A DNA stretch of 62,632 nt, taken from positions 1 to 62,632 of the IMG/VR virus record IMGVR_UViG_3300029319_009000; one strand, 5' to 3'. The notes below the pieces were generated by a model, which had not been told where the DNA came from, did not search any database, and saw only the letters and a program-made list of their open reading frames with translations. Source of the stretch: a virus. Taxonomy: Duplodnaviria; Caudoviricetes. The stretch's first letter is position 1; each line of letters begins with the position of its first letter. Below, piece by piece: positions 1 to 10,176 of this stretch. The translations under genes were made by a program, and so were the position numbers.

Positions 1-152
1 TCAGCGTCAGCTTCTTCTTCGGCAGCGTCAGATTCCTCTTCGGCAGCCTCTTCTTCAGCCACTACTGCTTCAGCACAGTCTGCGGCTTCTTCTTCTTCAT
101 GGCATCCAATCATGCTAAACACTAGCATGGATGCAATAATCAAGTTTTTCAT
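1..152 (-). CDS. Partial lipoprotein with acidic Glu/Ala-rich N-terminus (runs off window edge)
   Basis: Not in the ORF track; manual translation from ATG at 152 gives MKNLIIASMLVFSMIGCHEEEEAADCAEAVVAEEEAAEEESDAAEEEADA..; AAGGAG RBS at 161-166; signal peptide ending in lipobox-like MIG-C. Confidence 0.75.
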   Translation of the reverse strand, partial: MKNLIIASMLVFSMIGCHEEEEAADCAEAVVAEEEAAEEESDAAEEEADA

Positions 153-166
153 TAAAAATTCTCCTT

Positions 167-1126
167 TTAAAAATTAAAGCTATTGATAAACTTTTGTAAG
201 TATGCGTCTTCCGACGACATTAGCCTTGCGGCTTTTTTCCTCTTCAGGAATTCCTTTTTCGGCATTTCGCCGACATCACTATACGGAAATACATCCACTT
301 TGTAAACCTCCGCATCATATTTTATTAAATTTTGTATAAGAAACGAAGCTTTCTCCTCGGCATCAGAATCTAAAGCTACATAAACTGGCGTGTCGTTCAA
401 AATAATGCTTTTAAACAATTTTGATTGTTCCTTTAAAGACGAACCCAATATGGGTACCGAATTCTTCCCAGCTACTATAGCATCAAATACACCCTCTGTC
501 AAGGTTAAATCTTCGCACCAGTCAATATATAGTTCATTAAAAATTATCTTACTCTTTGAAGTGGGAGGATTCATGTATTTTCTCCAATCATCTTGGTAAG
601 TTCTGCCAATAAAATAGTTACAGTCGCCATTCTCATTGAAAGAAGGGACGATAATTCTACCAGCATATTCACCACTGTTGCAGAATCCAATTTTCCAAAA
701 CAAAATGTCACTTTCATCAATCCCTCTTTTAAGCAGGTAGTTTTTTGCTGCCTTTGCCTGCAAGGTGTTATTCTTGTTGGCTAATGATACGAACTCTTCA
801 GGCAGATTTACAACAATTTCTTCTTCCAATTCTTCTTGGGGGAAAATGCTCTCAATGATTGAGTCAAACTCAAGGAGATCTATGCCATCAACCAACTCCC
901 GCCACTTGCTTTTATTCTCGTAAGTGCCGTATTTCTTTACCAATCGGTAAATATTGTTGCCCCTGTAATCACATATCCAACACTTAAACACATTTTTGTC
1001 TAAATTTACACTGAGTTTCTTTTTGTGGTGGTTGCACTTAGGACAATTGAAAAGATATTCTTGCCCTGTTCTGTTGTATCTTCCTAGGAAGTCTTTAAGA
1101 ACTGTTATCTTTTCGCTGCTTGACAA
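167..1126 (-). CDS. dnaG: DNA primase (DnaG / T4 gp61-like; Zn finger + TOPRIM)
   Basis: CPKC...CWIC zinc ribbon, GRIIVP, KYMNP, TEGVFDA and ALDSD TOPRIM motifs. Confidence 0.9.
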   Translation of the reverse strand: MSSSEKITVLKDFLGRYNRTGQEYLFNCPKCNHHKKKLSVNLDKNVFKCWICDYRGNNIYRLVKKYGTYENKSKWRELVDGIDLLEFDSIIESIFPQEELEEEIVVNLPEEFVSLANKNNTLQAKAAKNYLLKRGIDESDILFWKIGFCNSGEYAGRIIVPSFNENGDCNYFIGRTYQDDWRKYMNPPTSKSKIIFNELYIDWCEDLTLTEGVFDAIVAGKNSVPILGSSLKEQSKLFKSIILNDTPVYVALDSDAEEKASFLIQNLIKYDAEVYKVDVFPYSDVGEMPKKEFLKRKKAARLMSSEDAYLQKFINSFNF

Positions 1127-1634
1127 GTTCGCACCCTGCTTTTGCTATTACAATACTGTCGGCAATGTCGTAGTATTGAGGCTTAATATTGCCTGATTTT
1201 GTGTACTCTACTACAAAGTGAGGCTCGTTGTCAAGTAAAAACTGAACAACCACCTGTTTCGCCTTTTGACCCTTGGGGACAGTGATGCCGCACACCTTGC
1301 GAGCAGATGTGGCTGCTACATGTTCTGGTTTGAGTCCTAGCTCTCTGTAACAGAGGTAAGACACAACCCCGTTGAACGAGGATAGGGTTGATAATGTTTT
1401 GGCTGATGAGAAACCTGAGCGGAACATTTGAAGGGATTGCTCAATAAAAATGTGGGTTATGTTGTATTCTCGCTGAATATCCATTAATTCGCCTTGAACT
1501 TGGTTGTATTTAGCGAATATATCTTTGTACTTGTTTTTGTTTCTTAGATCTAATGCATATGTTTTTATTATAGAGCCATTGTCTATAATAGTTAGACCAA
1601 TAATACTAGTTGAAATATCTAATCCTAAAATCAT
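1095..1634 (-). CDS. ruvC: RuvC-like Holliday junction resolvase
   Basis: N-terminal ILGLDIS, IFIEQ and C-terminal DIADS acidic motifs of the RuvC/RNase H fold; 179 aa. Confidence 0.85.
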   Translation of the reverse strand: MILGLDISTSIIGLTIIDNGSIIKTYALDLRNKNKYKDIFAKYNQVQGELMDIQREYNITHIFIEQSLQMFRSGFSSAKTLSTLSSFNGVVSYLCYRELGLKPEHVAATSARKVCGITVPKGQKAKQVVVQFLLDNEPHFVVEYTKSGNIKPQYYDIADSIVIAKAGCELVKQRKDNSS

Positions 1635-1640
1635 TTAGTT

Positions 1641-1669
1641 ATTATAGTAGATAAATTAGGGAATGTAAA
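1641..1669 (-). promoter_or_regulatory. Sigma70-type promoter for ruvC-primase, probably giving a leaderless mRNA
   Basis: Minus strand TTTACA-17 nt-TATAAT, with ATG (1634) 6 nt downstream and no SD. Confidence 0.65.
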
Positions 1670-1670
1670 C

Positions 1671-1699
1671 AAAAAAAGCAGCCCCCGAAAGGGCTGCTT
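1671..1699 (-). terminator. Rho-independent terminator ending the structural operon
   Basis: 9-bp stem AAGCAGCCC/GGGCTGCTT with 6-nt loop, followed by a T-run on the minus strand, just downstream of the 1735-2340 ORF. Confidence 0.85.
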
Positions 1700-1734
1700 C
1701 TTGTTTTGATGGTTTAGGAAATATTTATGCGATA

Positions 1735-2340
1735 TTACGCATTTCCTCCAAGGGTCGCAAATTCAACTGTGAATGTCACTGCACCAGCAGTATATGCGTT
1801 ATCCGACTCAGATGCCAACAATGTTACATGAACTTCGCCAGCAGCATCAAAATAAATTGCCTTAGAACCAACAAAAGCCAGCCTTGCATTTCCGCCGAGC
1901 AGCGTGTGCACTCCGTCTATTGTACTAGTTCCAGTACCTGCTGCCACAGAAGTTCCAGCGGTTGCTAATGAATCTGCATCAAGAGACACAATTTGCGCTC
2001 CCTCTGCGGCTGTACCTGCTTTGATACCAAGCGTCACTGCTCCAGCATTTCCGGGGGAATCATAAGCCAAGCCTGTGTGAACCTGCACTGAAACTTCTCT
2101 GATAACCGATTTTGCAGGTATGTGAATTGCACCAGACAAAACTTTTTGTCCATTTCCTGCGCCTGTTGTAACATCAACTTTTTTCGTTACAAAATTAAGT
2201 CCGTTAACATATTTTCCACTAGCATTAGTGTGTGATTGAATTCCTGTTACTGTCATATCGCCGCTAACTGTTGTAGCGCCAGTGATTGTTGTGGCCCCGT
2301 TTAATTCAACGGGTCCATTAAAAGGTAATTTATCTGCCAT
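1735..2340 (-). CDS. Putative virion structural protein (fibre/decoration-like)
   Basis: 201 aa, Gly/Ala/Thr/Val rich, N-terminal beta-repeat-like GATTITGATTVSGDMTV; AGGAG RBS; last gene of the structural block. Confidence 0.5.
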   Translation of the reverse strand: MADKLPFNGPVELNGATTITGATTVSGDMTVTGIQSHTNASGKYVNGLNFVTKKVDVTTGAGNGQKVLSGAIHIPAKSVIREVSVQVHTGLAYDSPGNAGAVTLGIKAGTAAEGAQIVSLDADSLATAGTSVAAGTGTSTIDGVHTLLGGNARLAFVGSKAIYFDAAGEVHVTLLASESDNAYTAGAVTFTVEFATLGGNA

Positions 2341-2415
2341 TTTATTATTTCTCCTATAGGTTTAAAATGTTTTATTTATTAATTAACATGCATGTTAGGG
2401 TATAACCCAACGAAA

Positions 2416-2423
2416 TAAATAGT
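2416..2423 (-). promoter_or_regulatory. CTAnTTA motif (candidate phage late promoter)
   Basis: ACTATTTA in the intergenic region upstream of 1735-2340. Confidence 0.55.
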
Positions 2424-2473
2424 TTATAGTTTGCGAAAATGCCCTTTTACTTAGTCACACTTTAGCTTTGCTA

Positions 2474-3637
2474 TTATATATCAAGTTTTAATTTAAATGT
2501 CAAGTCTCTTTGTTCGGTTTTTTTAACTGGTGTGGCTAGCTTGGCTATAGCAATAAGATTTCTGTGTTCATCATAAATGCCAATCTTAGAAATGTAGGTT
2601 TCTTTGCTGAACATTGGCGGTTCGTCACCATAAGAAGAGCTTACAATATTCTTAATTTCAGCAGATGGGTCTTCTATATAATAACTTGACCCAGTTGTTT
2701 GAGACGCTTGTCCATAAGTGATATATGTTGGATTATTTGAGTGATTAATCATGCCTTTTGGGGCATTAGCAAACATTGTTACAACTTGTGTTCTTGTTGT
2801 GCCCCTAAAGTCCAATGACCAAGCAGATTTTTGACTTGGTATTGTTACGCCATCTTGTGCTCCGACACCAAAATAACGCCACGAAGGACTCAATAAGGTT
2901 GTGCCATTATATTTTTCGGTGTGGGTTCCACCTGATAGGTCCCACGATCCGGTCAAAATTAAGAAACCTTCGTTGTAGAGTGACACGCCAGCCACTGAGC
3001 CTGAACCGGGGCTTCCTTCTGGTCCTGTTTGGATTAGTTCTCCGTTTTGTCTTTCATCCTTAAGAGTTCCGATAAGAACACCAGAAACATAGAAATTAAG
3101 CTCTAATGATCCTTTTTTTATTTGAGAGCCATAGAAAATAGAGGGGATGCTAATCAGATTGACATCTTGCTCGCCCTTGTTCCAACCATCGCCCAAATCA
3201 GATGTATAAGCATAGTGTGGGCTGTTTGTTTTATAATAATTTGTAGTATTTTTAAGTGCTTCTATTTTATCCCTAGAAGTACCGTTGTAGTAATTTCTAG
3301 TAATACTGGCAGACATATTATATGAGCCAACTATGGTTTCCCCATAATCCATGTCATTAAAATCTGAATCGGTTACAGTTTTAAATGAGATTAAGGTTCC
3401 ATTTTTAACCAAAAAGGGGTGTATGAGTCCATCGCTTGGTCTATCAACATTATACTCATAAAGACTTAAGTTTCCAACCGGGACATGGTTTATGGGCTGT
3501 CCTTCTGATATGCTTCCGCTGCTAGATGGGTGAGCATTGTAATATACTTTTTCATCATATACATAAAAAGAAGTTTTTGGAAATGTTTTGATTGTATTTC
3601 TGATTACATCGTCTTGACCGAATGGGTAATATGGCAC
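2474..3637 (-). CDS. Virion protein with C-terminal tail-collar (P2 gpH N-domain/DUF3751-like) motif
   Basis: C-terminal ISKIGIYDEHRNLIAIAKLATPVKK; paralogous to 3654-4811; GGAGG RBS and GTG start. Confidence 0.6.
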   Translation of the reverse strand: MPYYPFGQDDVIRNTIKTFPKTSFYVYDEKVYYNAHPSSSGSISEGQPINHVPVGNLSLYEYNVDRPSDGLIHPFLVKNGTLISFKTVTDSDFNDMDYGETIVGSYNMSASITRNYYNGTSRDKIEALKNTTNYYKTNSPHYAYTSDLGDGWNKGEQDVNLISIPSIFYGSQIKKGSLELNFYVSGVLIGTLKDERQNGELIQTGPEGSPGSGSVAGVSLYNEGFLILTGSWDLSGGTHTEKYNGTTLLSPSWRYFGVGAQDGVTIPSQKSAWSLDFRGTTRTQVVTMFANAPKGMINHSNNPTYITYGQASQTTGSSYYIEDPSAEIKNIVSSSYGDEPPMFSKETYISKIGIYDEHRNLIAIAKLATPVKKTEQRDLTFKLKLDI

Positions 3638-3653
3638 AGGCGAAACCTCCTGC

Positions 3654-4811
3654 TTAATAGTCCAATCTAACCCTTAAGGTCAACTCTGTGTCTGGAGTTT
3701 TCTTAAGGGGTTCAGAAACTTTTGCTACCGCCAACAACTCATTATCAGCTGAATAAAGACCAACAGTTGTAATGTATGAGACTGGCTGATCTAGGCTGCT
3801 GTTTTTAACCCTGATTTGGCTTTGTGTGGCAGCGTCATTGCTAATATAGGTCGGGTTTGAACTGTAATTGAATTCACTGTGACCTGCTCTAGCAAAATAA
3901 ACCGTAGAATTTAGTTCTGTTGTGTTATTGAATGTAACGCTTTTAATTCTATTTCTAATCGCATCAGCAGACCCAGAGATTGATGATCCAGTCATAAAAT
4001 TTAATCCTGCGCCTCCGGCATCACCCGCAAATTTCTCAAGGGGATTGCCTAAACGAACGCTACCACTAGCGTTATTTATAATTCCTCCGTCTGCTTCATC
4101 TAGGAAAACAGAGCCAGATATAACAGCGACTCCTGCTTGATAAAAAATCAAGCCACAAGGGATGCCATGGTGGTGATACTTAAGTAATGGTGTTGTTCCG
4201 TGGAACAAATTTGATGCAGTAGCATATAAAATACCATATTCTCCTGCTGGGGAATTTACCTTGTAGCCTGTGGAGCCGCTCAAATCTCTAATTGAAAAAC
4301 TTTTCTCAAAGGTAGTCCCGTCAAAAGTGACAGCAGAATCTACGCCAAGCTGTAAATCGAAAGAACCTTTTTTGATCTCATCTTTTTGCAAAAGTCTAGC
4401 AAAATTTAAAAAATAACACTCTCTTAGCTTATCGCCACCCGAAAGGTCTCCGTCTTCATCAAACTCTCTAATGGAGCCTGTGTGGTCATGTCCTACCAAA
4501 AGCTGCGCCATTTGATTGTAAATATTGATTTTATCAGCGTTTTGTGTATTTGTCGAGGAGGACAAATTGGAGACGTTTGAGTACCCAACGGTGATATCGA
4601 AAATGTGGTTTGCAGAAGAACTTAAATAAGGATAATCATATACAGACTGAAACAGTCCGTGTGAGTAATTCTTAATGTTTGTCTCTGTGGTAGAACTTCC
4701 CTGATTGTAAGTACCAGAAACAATAGAACCAGTAATTGGAATTGATTCATGTAGTAATGTTCTTGTTGTTGTTACATCGTTATTTAAAAAACTTTTAAAA
4801 CTTGTTGCCAT
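3654..4811 (-). CDS. Virion protein with C-terminal tail-collar (DUF3751-like) motif
   Basis: C-terminal YITTVGLYSADNELLAVAKVSEPLKK; shares IKKGS and NPTYI blocks with 2474-3637. Confidence 0.6.
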   Translation of the reverse strand: MATSFKSFLNNDVTTTRTLLHESIPITGSIVSGTYNQGSSTTETNIKNYSHGLFQSVYDYPYLSSSANHIFDITVGYSNVSNLSSSTNTQNADKINIYNQMAQLLVGHDHTGSIREFDEDGDLSGGDKLRECYFLNFARLLQKDEIKKGSFDLQLGVDSAVTFDGTTFEKSFSIRDLSGSTGYKVNSPAGEYGILYATASNLFHGTTPLLKYHHHGIPCGLIFYQAGVAVISGSVFLDEADGGIINNASGSVRLGNPLEKFAGDAGGAGLNFMTGSSISGSADAIRNRIKSVTFNNTTELNSTVYFARAGHSEFNYSSNPTYISNDAATQSQIRVKNSSLDQPVSYITTVGLYSADNELLAVAKVSEPLKKTPDTELTLRVRLDY

Positions 4812-4835
4812 AGTATTTTACCTGTATTTTAGTTA

Positions 4836-5783
4836 TTATACTTTCTTCTTAAGGAAAGTAATTGGCACATCTAATCTGTACCCTGTTGTTGCACCAGTTA
4901 TCCTAACACTTGAATCGATTCTATAGAAGTTTTGAGCACCGGCAGAGTTAAAATTCAAAGAATCCTCAGTTCCCAAAAGTGTGAAAAGGTATGTGGAACT
5001 ATTCAGTTCAATTGAGGGGTTAATTCTAAATTGTATCCTTGTCCCCCTCGCCCCTTGAAGCGGGGTGTCCGAAGAACCATTGAGGGAAGTTACTAGTGCA
5101 GAATCAGTTCCAAAGCTATATGATGCTATGTTATCGTCATCTAAAAATGAATAAGCTTGTATTACACTTTGACTATCCGCAATTGATCCAAGCCTATTGT
5201 CAATCTCTACAATGTATTGCGTTTCTTTTAGTGTAGGATCAATTGTAAAATTCTTATTTACCGCATTGTTGTTTATCCCTTGATCAACCAATATTGACTT
5301 TGGATCAGTCTGATTTGTTGCTGTATCTGTATTGGAAAGAAATATCCCGTTGTTTTTTAAATTAAAATCTCCAAAAACTTTATTGTCCCCAGTGAACATT
5401 TGGTCTGTTTGAGAATCAACAGAAACAATGTAGCTATTGGCTGTGTCTGTTTGAGGACTAAGTGTTGTTCCTACCGTATTTTGATTTATCAACATCGAAG
5501 GCATGTAAAAAAGATTAGTCTTTGGAATGGATAACAATCTACTTTTCATTGTAGAAGTGTTATTTGTTAAAGCTTCGATAATTGGAGTTTTTAAAATTTC
5601 GATGTCAAAATAAGCAGAGCCATTCGCAGCGTCCAAATCATATTTTGAATAATCAATTTCATCATCTGCAAAGGCGTACTTTACAATCTTAAAAGACCCG
5701 TCTCCTCTTGCCAATCTTGCTCTGCCAGCGTCAGTAAGGACAGCATCCAAAATAATATCTCCACTGTTATCTAAAAAAGCCAT
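4836..5783 (-). CDS. Virion protein with N-terminal tail-collar (DUF3751-like) motif
   Basis: N-terminal VLTDAGRARLA..FKIVKYAFADDEIDY resembles the start of P2 gpH-type tail fibres; AGGAG RBS. Confidence 0.55.
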   Translation of the reverse strand: MAFLDNSGDIILDAVLTDAGRARLARGDGSFKIVKYAFADDEIDYSKYDLDAANGSAYFDIEILKTPIIEALTNNTSTMKSRLLSIPKTNLFYMPSMLINQNTVGTTLSPQTDTANSYIVSVDSQTDQMFTGDNKVFGDFNLKNNGIFLSNTDTATNQTDPKSILVDQGINNNAVNKNFTIDPTLKETQYIVEIDNRLGSIADSQSVIQAYSFLDDDNIASYSFGTDSALVTSLNGSSDTPLQGARGTRIQFRINPSIELNSSTYLFTLLGTEDSLNFNSAGAQNFYRIDSSVRITGATTGYRLDVPITFLKKKV

Positions 5784-5816
5784 TTATTTTCTCCTAAAAT
5801 GTGTATATTGCCTTTA

Positions 5817-5841
5817 TAATTAGTCTTTTGATATAAATAGT
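5817..5841 (-). promoter_or_regulatory. Two tandem CTAnTTA motifs (candidate late promoters)
   Basis: ACTATTTA (5834-5841) and ACTAATTA (5817-5824) upstream of 4836-5783. Confidence 0.55.
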
Positions 5842-5871
5842 TAAGTTTTTTTGTTTAACTCATTTAAATTA

Positions 5872-8800
5872 TCATTCAAGGTCATCCGAAGTAATCTCTG
5901 GGTAATTGTATTCGACGAAACCATTATCACCACAAGATGGAATATTCTGATTTACGGTTTCTGTTCTCATTTTAAATTTGATATTTAAATCTACAGCTTT
6001 TCCAGTGTGTTTCGATTTAATCCTAAATTTAAATTCTTTAGAGTCATCCCCTGCCGCAAGATGTTGTTTAAAATTAAAAATTTTATCCTCCTTCTCTCCC
6101 AATACAATATTGTTGTTAATAGTTTCGACCGCAGAATCTGCATCTTTTAAACCTTTCCCACCGCTTATAGTAGACTCAGACATATTTAATGTATTTTGCA
6201 ATGGAGCTGGATCTATCTTTAGATATCTCTTAAAAGGTTTTGATTTTATTTGCTTTAACTCCTGTGGTGGTGTGTAAATAGAAATTACCGGATAAGCCAC
6301 ACCTGAGTTTTCTACCATTTCCACTTGATAAACGGGAGATGGGTTTGACGGATTTTCGTGTACATCTATAGATCTAAATAAATAATAATACTTTTTATTC
6401 TGCTCAATAGTATCTGTATATGAGCTTTGCTTTTTTGCATCTATTTTAATTCTTTGAAGTACAAGATTACCGACGGTATGCGGAGGTGTTTCCGTTTTGT
6501 AAATTTCATATCTTATCGGATGATCATCTGTTTTAAACATTAATCTTGGCTCAACATAATATTCAAGTGGATACTGCTTTCCCGGCGTGTAGGGAGCGGA
6601 GAAGGCGGATGCTTTTAAAATATCTCTACCTTGTGCTTTTCTAATGTCTAAAAATTTTGAATCGTCTTGTTCGAGCAACGGGACAGGGATCAGCTCTCTG
6701 TCTACTGATCCGGGATAAAAATTAATCTTAACCTTGTTTTGTTCGCCATTTAATGGTATTATATCCACCTCTGGTGGTGTTGGAGGTGCATCACTTATCG
6801 CCACCACTTTCTTGTGAATTGGTATTTCTACTAATTTAACGTCTGGTTCGCATATCACATCAAAAATTGCCAAATTCTCTTCATACATCTCTCCCATGGC
6901 ATATGTTCTTTGTGTAAAAAATACGTTCGAACCATATTTTTCATTTTTTGTTGGGTCTGCGGCGGAACCCTTCAATTGACCATTGTATACAAGATCAGCG
7001 CTTTCATCGCCGAAGTATTCAAAGTCGCGCTTGTTTGCAGTTTCAAGAATGCTTAAAAAATATTTCGCTTTCGGGGTCTGCGCTTGGAAAATTTCTATTG
7101 CATCGTCCTCTGCTGATTGTTGAAAGCCCGGAATATTGATCTCAGTTTCCGTACCAAACGTCGTGGATTCGCCTTCAGTAGTTTCTTCGAGGTTTTGTAA
7201 GCCAGTAGTAACAGTGTTATAGAGATCCGTGTCTTCTGGTATTGGAAGGTAACCGTAATTGTCTGTCCAAGGAGCATCTTTATAAAGATAATTTTCAAAT
7301 TGAAAGCCGTATTTTGTCCCAACAACTATTTGATACGCATATACAATATATTCGTACTTTTTACCATATTTCACTTGTGTATCAATGTATTTGATAATAT
7401 CATCATCTGTATCTTTCTTTACAAACCAAATATTTTGCAACACAGGACCCTGCGCCTCGTGGCTGGCTTCTTCAAGGACTGCTCTTTTTTCAATTCTATA
7501 AAATAGCGTTTCGTCGTATGCTTGTATGCCTTGGAGGATTTTGTCATAGTTTCTAAATCTCTCTTCTACACTTTCTGCATATTCATCACTAAAGTTAACG
7601 ATCTGACTATTCATAACTTGGGACGCGAGGGCGTTTGTATTTCCGGGAGCGCCACTTGAGTTCACAATATTAAAAAATACTTTAGAAGAGGCATTTGCTG
7701 TTACAGGATCCCAAACATATTCTTTCCACAATTGATTGTCTTCGGAGTTTTTGTCACTATAATATTTAAGATATTGATCGACCCATTCATTTAAATTAAA
7801 TTCTCTAACTAATTCTCCAAATCCGATGCTTCCGTCTGTTTCGTCGTCCCCGACAATCGGGGAATCCCCCACTGGAGTTGTTTCGCTGTCAATAACAAAT
7901 GTTGCCGTTGTTTCGGTTGGTTTGACATATTTTATAAATTGATTTTTACTAACGAGAGTATAAATGTTATTGGCACATATCTTTGCGCTTGTCTGACCCG
8001 TTGCGCCTTCGCCTAATTCGACATATTTATTATAACCTGTCGTGTCGTATGGGTCGTAATATCTCATCCCTCCCGGAATGGCATTATCAAGTTTAAATCC
8101 TATCACTTCTTCTTTACTGGGAAAGATATTAGTATTTTGCTTAGTGTAGTCAAAAAAATTAGATATTAAAGTTCCCATTAGCCTTTTTGTTATTCCGGGA
8201 TCATTAAAAACGTTACTAAACACATTTTTCTTATCTGTTCTAAATTCTATATCTATGTAAAAAGGGAATTGATTTTTTAAGGAGTCAAAAGCCATCACAT
8301 CTTCTTTTTTGATAGAATTAAAAAGAATATTAAAGTACTCTCGAATTCCGGCTTTTTGACTTAAAGGTTCATCACCACCGGCAGCAGGCGCAAGACCGGG
8401 TAATCCACAATTTAAAATTTTATAACCAAGATCTTCAAATTTAAACTTTGAAAAATCGTTCTCTGTATTTGGCTTTGCGCTTATTAATGTTTCGGCTGTT
8501 TCGCCAATTTGATTTTTCTGTATTCCAACATCATAAATTGATGGATAGAATGTCTCTGGTATTTCGTACAAACTATCTGAGCCGATAACATTCACTTCGC
8601 CTTGTTTAGTTGACTCTTCATAGTACCTTGAATAGTAATTATAAACAGGTGTTATCTCAACATACTCCTTAGTGCCGTCTTCGAAACCAGCAAATGTCAT
8701 CGCTTTGGACGACATTGGAAGATTCATTGCAAAATGGCTGTCAAAATACCTTCCTTCCCTATTCAAAACATTTGGGTTATAAATAGACTCGCCTGTTGTC

Positions 8801-10176
8801 GATATCGTTACATTTACATATTCCGGGTACCTATATGTTTTAAGGTCAAAATCATAGAAAGCATCTAAATTGCTTTTCACAATAGTTTGGTTAAAGGTAT
8901 ATAAGGAAAATGTTTCCCACATATTAGTTGCAACTTCTTTAAACAACTCAGTATATACATCATCACCCTCTTCTACGACTGTATCGTTCCAAGTTTGGAA
9001 GCCATGTAGTTCGTTAAATTTTCCTGCGGGGTCAAATATTGTCCCGGATTTTTTCAAAACACTATTGTGGTTCCAATTCAGGGGAACGTATTCAAATTCG
9101 CCAATGTCTACGTAGTCTGTTGGAGGAAAACGCAATTCTAAACCTGCTGGATCTGGTATTTGGTCTAGTAGGTATTCTAAACGCGGTATTTTTCCTTTTG
9201 GAATGCCGTTATCATCTAGGTCTTCATTGATTAGATCGGATTCCATCAGTAGAAAATCAGTTTCGATTCCTCCAGCTCCTCCGCCAGAGCCGACCTCTCC
9301 CTGTGCCTGTTCCATCAATTGTTGCAATTCATCGCAAGAGATTCCCAGACTCATGGCGAGGTCTGGGTCGCATTCAAAGACACCATCAGGGTCGCTGGCT
9401 GCTTGGCTTTCCATAGCTTCCATATTTTCCAATGCAGCTTGTACTAGTTTTAATTCACCCTTGAGAATCTCAATGATAGCTTTTATTTTAATAACCTCTG
9501 GTAGATCGTCTTTTGTTATGATATTGTCACCGTAGAAGGTCTGTTCATATTTCTTCTTAATGTCGCAGAACAAAGAAATCATTGAAAATCTATTTTGAAT
9601 TAAATCACCATCAGAAAACTGCAACAATACCCTTGTTGCCTTTCTTCGCATATCAAGGGTATCAGCGTATGAACCTGCTGGCCATATCTCTGGGTCATTG
9701 AAAAACTCAGTTGCTGGACCTGTAGACGTTACACAATAATTCTGTATTGAAGGTACTTGTTGTTTATAATTGGTTGGAAAAGAAATTGTGTTGCCTTGGG
9801 CGGTTTCGTCGCCTAGCCATGCGAAAGCCGGGGTATTGCTATCCTTAGCAGTGTAGTAATATGCCAAAGTCCCATCATTGTCAGGCGTATATCCCCAAAA
9901 TTTACCAATTGATTGGCGAAAAGGGTCTAATTCACTTCCTTTTTTTATATACAAACCGCCGAACGCGGATGCGGGAGCGTTTTGCACTCTAGTATCTGAC
10001 TTGAATACATGTTCAATATAAATGTTCTGTTTGTCGGCATCGGCAAAAGCCCAGTTGTTTCCATTTTTAATCAAAATTCCAGTCTTATCTGGGACTGGAT
10101 AATATATGTCACTATTATACAGCCGCTTTTGGATCGAATAATCATTTTGGAGTTCTTTGAGATACTTGCTTGTCAT
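5872..10176 (-). CDS. Large hypothetical virion-module protein (1434 aa), possible FnIII-like segments
   Basis: Long ORF inside the structural block; YIDTQVKYGKKYEYIVYA and YTDTIEQNKKYYYLFRSID resemble FnIII strand motifs. Confidence 0.5.
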   Translation of the reverse strand: MTSKYLKELQNDYSIQKRLYNSDIYYPVPDKTGILIKNGNNWAFADADKQNIYIEHVFKSDTRVQNAPASAFGGLYIKKGSELDPFRQSIGKFWGYTPDNDGTLAYYYTAKDSNTPAFAWLGDETAQGNTISFPTNYKQQVPSIQNYCVTSTGPATEFFNDPEIWPAGSYADTLDMRRKATRVLLQFSDGDLIQNRFSMISLFCDIKKKYEQTFYGDNIITKDDLPEVIKIKAIIEILKGELKLVQAALENMEAMESQAASDPDGVFECDPDLAMSLGISCDELQQLMEQAQGEVGSGGGAGGIETDFLLMESDLINEDLDDNGIPKGKIPRLEYLLDQIPDPAGLELRFPPTDYVDIGEFEYVPLNWNHNSVLKKSGTIFDPAGKFNELHGFQTWNDTVVEEGDDVYTELFKEVATNMWETFSLYTFNQTIVKSNLDAFYDFDLKTYRYPEYVNVTISTTGESIYNPNVLNREGRYFDSHFAMNLPMSSKAMTFAGFEDGTKEYVEITPVYNYYSRYYEESTKQGEVNVIGSDSLYEIPETFYPSIYDVGIQKNQIGETAETLISAKPNTENDFSKFKFEDLGYKILNCGLPGLAPAAGGDEPLSQKAGIREYFNILFNSIKKEDVMAFDSLKNQFPFYIDIEFRTDKKNVFSNVFNDPGITKRLMGTLISNFFDYTKQNTNIFPSKEEVIGFKLDNAIPGGMRYYDPYDTTGYNKYVELGEGATGQTSAKICANNIYTLVSKNQFIKYVKPTETTATFVIDSETTPVGDSPIVGDDETDGSIGFGELVREFNLNEWVDQYLKYYSDKNSEDNQLWKEYVWDPVTANASSKVFFNIVNSSGAPGNTNALASQVMNSQIVNFSDEYAESVEERFRNYDKILQGIQAYDETLFYRIEKRAVLEEASHEAQGPVLQNIWFVKKDTDDDIIKYIDTQVKYGKKYEYIVYAYQIVVGTKYGFQFENYLYKDAPWTDNYGYLPIPEDTDLYNTVTTGLQNLEETTEGESTTFGTETEINIPGFQQSAEDDAIEIFQAQTPKAKYFLSILETANKRDFEYFGDESADLVYNGQLKGSAADPTKNEKYGSNVFFTQRTYAMGEMYEENLAIFDVICEPDVKLVEIPIHKKVVAISDAPPTPPEVDIIPLNGEQNKVKINFYPGSVDRELIPVPLLEQDDSKFLDIRKAQGRDILKASAFSAPYTPGKQYPLEYYVEPRLMFKTDDHPIRYEIYKTETPPHTVGNLVLQRIKIDAKKQSSYTDTIEQNKKYYYLFRSIDVHENPSNPSPVYQVEMVENSGVAYPVISIYTPPQELKQIKSKPFKRYLKIDPAPLQNTLNMSESTISGGKGLKDADSAVETINNNIVLGEKEDKIFNFKQHLAAGDDSKEFKFRIKSKHTGKAVDLNIKFKMRTETVNQNIPSCGDNGFVEYNYPEITSDDLE

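Noticed and set aside
1205-1234. Internal sigma70 promoter for primase (TTGACA-18-TAGAGT) inside ruvC
   Set aside because: Weak -10, 18-nt spacer and a coding location; cannot be distinguished from chance.
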